NCBI GenBank assembly: GCA_965262735.1
Contig: CBDHFS010000002.1
Span: 1,143,217-1,207,216, forward strand
From: Dehalococcoidia bacterium
Lineage (GTDB): Bacteria > Chloroflexota > Dehalococcoidia > Lucifugimonadales > UBA3495
Direction: 5' to 3'
DNA length: 64,000 nt
Shown here: one piece after another, positions 62,954 to 64,000 of the stretch
How the letters are laid out: each line of letters begins with the position of its first letter
Position numbering within the stretch: the first letter of the stretch is position 1
Translations under genes and position numbers: made by a program
The notes under the pieces: generated by a model
Databases searched by the model: none
What the model was told of the DNA's origin: nothing
The model's input: only the letters and a program-made list of their open reading frames with translations

Positions 62954-63922
62954 TCAACGGGTGCGCGGGTTGAAGGCGTCGTTCACCGCGTCGCCCAGCA
63001 GGTTGAACGAGAATAGCAGCACGGATATGGTGATGACCGGGCACAGGAGCAGGTGAGGGTCGCTGCGCAGCACCGATATGTTGCTGCTCTCGAAAATCAT
63101 CCGCCCCAGGCTGGGCGTCGGCGGCTGGACACCGATGCCGATGAAGCTGAGGAACAGCTCCGCCCCGGCGAACGCTGCCAGCCCCGCGGAAACCGACACG
63201 ATTACCGGGCTGACCACGTTGGGGAAGACGTGGACCCGCAGGATTCGGGCGGTGGAGGCGCCGACGGCCCGCGCCGCTTCCGAATATTGGTTCTCCCGGA
63301 CTTGCAGCACCTGCCCCCGCACCAGACGCGCCATGCCGAACCAGGAGAAAATCGCTAGGGCAAAGGATACCAGCGCGAAGTCCACGAAGCCCAGCCGGGC
63401 AATCCAGTCTATGCCGGTGCCGTCTTCAAAGGCATGGACCCACGAAACGATGCGGGGCCGGATGGTAGCCAGGATTATCAATAACAGGAAAATCTCGGGA
63501 AAGGCTGAGGTGACTTCCCCCACCCGCATGATGACCCCATCGGCCCACTTGCCCATGTAGCCGCTAATCAGCCCCAGGATAATCCCCATCAAGAGGCTGC
63601 CCCCGATGAGGGCGGTAACCGTGATGATAACCGTCGTCCGCAGCCCGTATATAACGCGGGTCAGCATATCCCGCCCCAGCCGGTCGGTACCGAAGGGGTG
63701 GCTCCAGGAAGGCGCCTGCTTGGTGCGGTCCAAGTCCTGGTCGTTGTAGCCGTAAGGTGTCACCAACGGGGCCAGGATGCCGGACCCGTACATCACCACG
63801 ATAACCCCAAAGAACACCATTGCCAGCTTCTTGCGCACCAGCCGCCGCAGCGACAGCGCGATAAAGCTGCGGCCCCGCATTGACGGGGCGCCCAGCCCGG
63901 TCGTGACCGGTTCAGCCCGCAA
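62954..63922 (-). CDS. ABC transporter permease (DppC/OppC-like)
   Basis: 322 aa, multi-TM. AARAVGASTARILRVHVFPN. Confidence 0.8.
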   Translation of the reverse strand: MRAEPVTTGLGAPSMRGRSFIALSLRRLVRKKLAMVFFGVIVVMYGSGILAPLVTPYGYNDQDLDRTKQAPSWSHPFGTDRLGRDMLTRVIYGLRTTVIITVTALIGGSLLMGIILGLISGYMGKWADGVIMRVGEVTSAFPEIFLLLIILATIRPRIVSWVHAFEDGTGIDWIARLGFVDFALVSFALAIFSWFGMARLVRGQVLQVRENQYSEAARAVGASTARILRVHVFPNVVSPVIVSVSAGLAAFAGAELFLSFIGIGVQPPTPSLGRMIFESSNISVLRSDPHLLLCPVITISVLLFSFNLLGDAVNDAFNPRTR

Positions 63923-64000
63923 CGTAGCCTCCTCCCAAACGGATTCTGGGGTCCATAACCGGGTACATCAGGTCAACGATGAGGTTGGCCAGCACGAACA
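63912..64000 (-). CDS. ABC transporter permease (DppB-like), C-terminal fragment cut by the window edge
   Basis: ..FVLANLIVDLMYPVMDPRIRLGGGYVAG*. Overlaps the next gene's start by 11 nt. Confidence 0.6.
   Translation of the reverse strand, partial: FVLANLIVDLMYPVMDPRIRLGGGYVAG

Overview
High-GC bacterial chromosomal window (GC judged by eye, roughly 60-65%, with a few lower-GC islands). I call about 62 CDS and one tRNA-Glu(CUC). I saw no rRNA, CRISPR array, transposase or integrase. All homology calls come from motif recognition in the supplied translations; no database search was run and most start codons were chosen by eye. The genes are mostly paralogue-rich catabolic enzymes: a Baeyer-Villiger monooxygenase, a luciferase-like monooxygenase, four amidohydrolases, two ThDP enzymes, two HpcH aldolases, four CMD/AhpD-like proteins, two VOC proteins, MmgE/PrpD, FAH and DUF35 plus thiolase. 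There are also peptide-type ABC importer components, prfA-prmC, scattered futalosine-type menaquinone genes (mqnA, UbiD/UbiA/UbiX/UbiE-like), TtuA/TtuB and a HepT/MntA toxin-antitoxin pair. This content fits a Chloroflexota/SAR202-like heterotroph, which is inference only. The most unusual content is non-genic, because nearly every long intergenic region is built from at least four interspersed repeat families. (1) A 143-171 bp MITE-like element with terminal inverted repeats and 8-9 bp target-site duplications. (2) Solo copies of its G5/C5 hairpin core. (3) A roughly 33-bp hairpin repeat near gene ends. (4) A previously unfamiliar-looking modular element with a conserved loop (GACATTTGAGCGTGG), co-varying GACA/TGTC stems and helically phased TGTC word arrays. 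Other candidates are a tandem OsmC protein with an in-frame TGA at the catalytic Cys position (possible selenoprotein), and a TtuB sulfur carrier whose GG terminus is buried under a 34-aa extension built from tandem repeats. There is also a low-GC two-gene module (coiled-coil membrane protein plus nuclease-like/glycine-zipper protein) inside a repeat-dense island, and a DUF805 gene cassette bounded by perfect 31-bp direct repeats.
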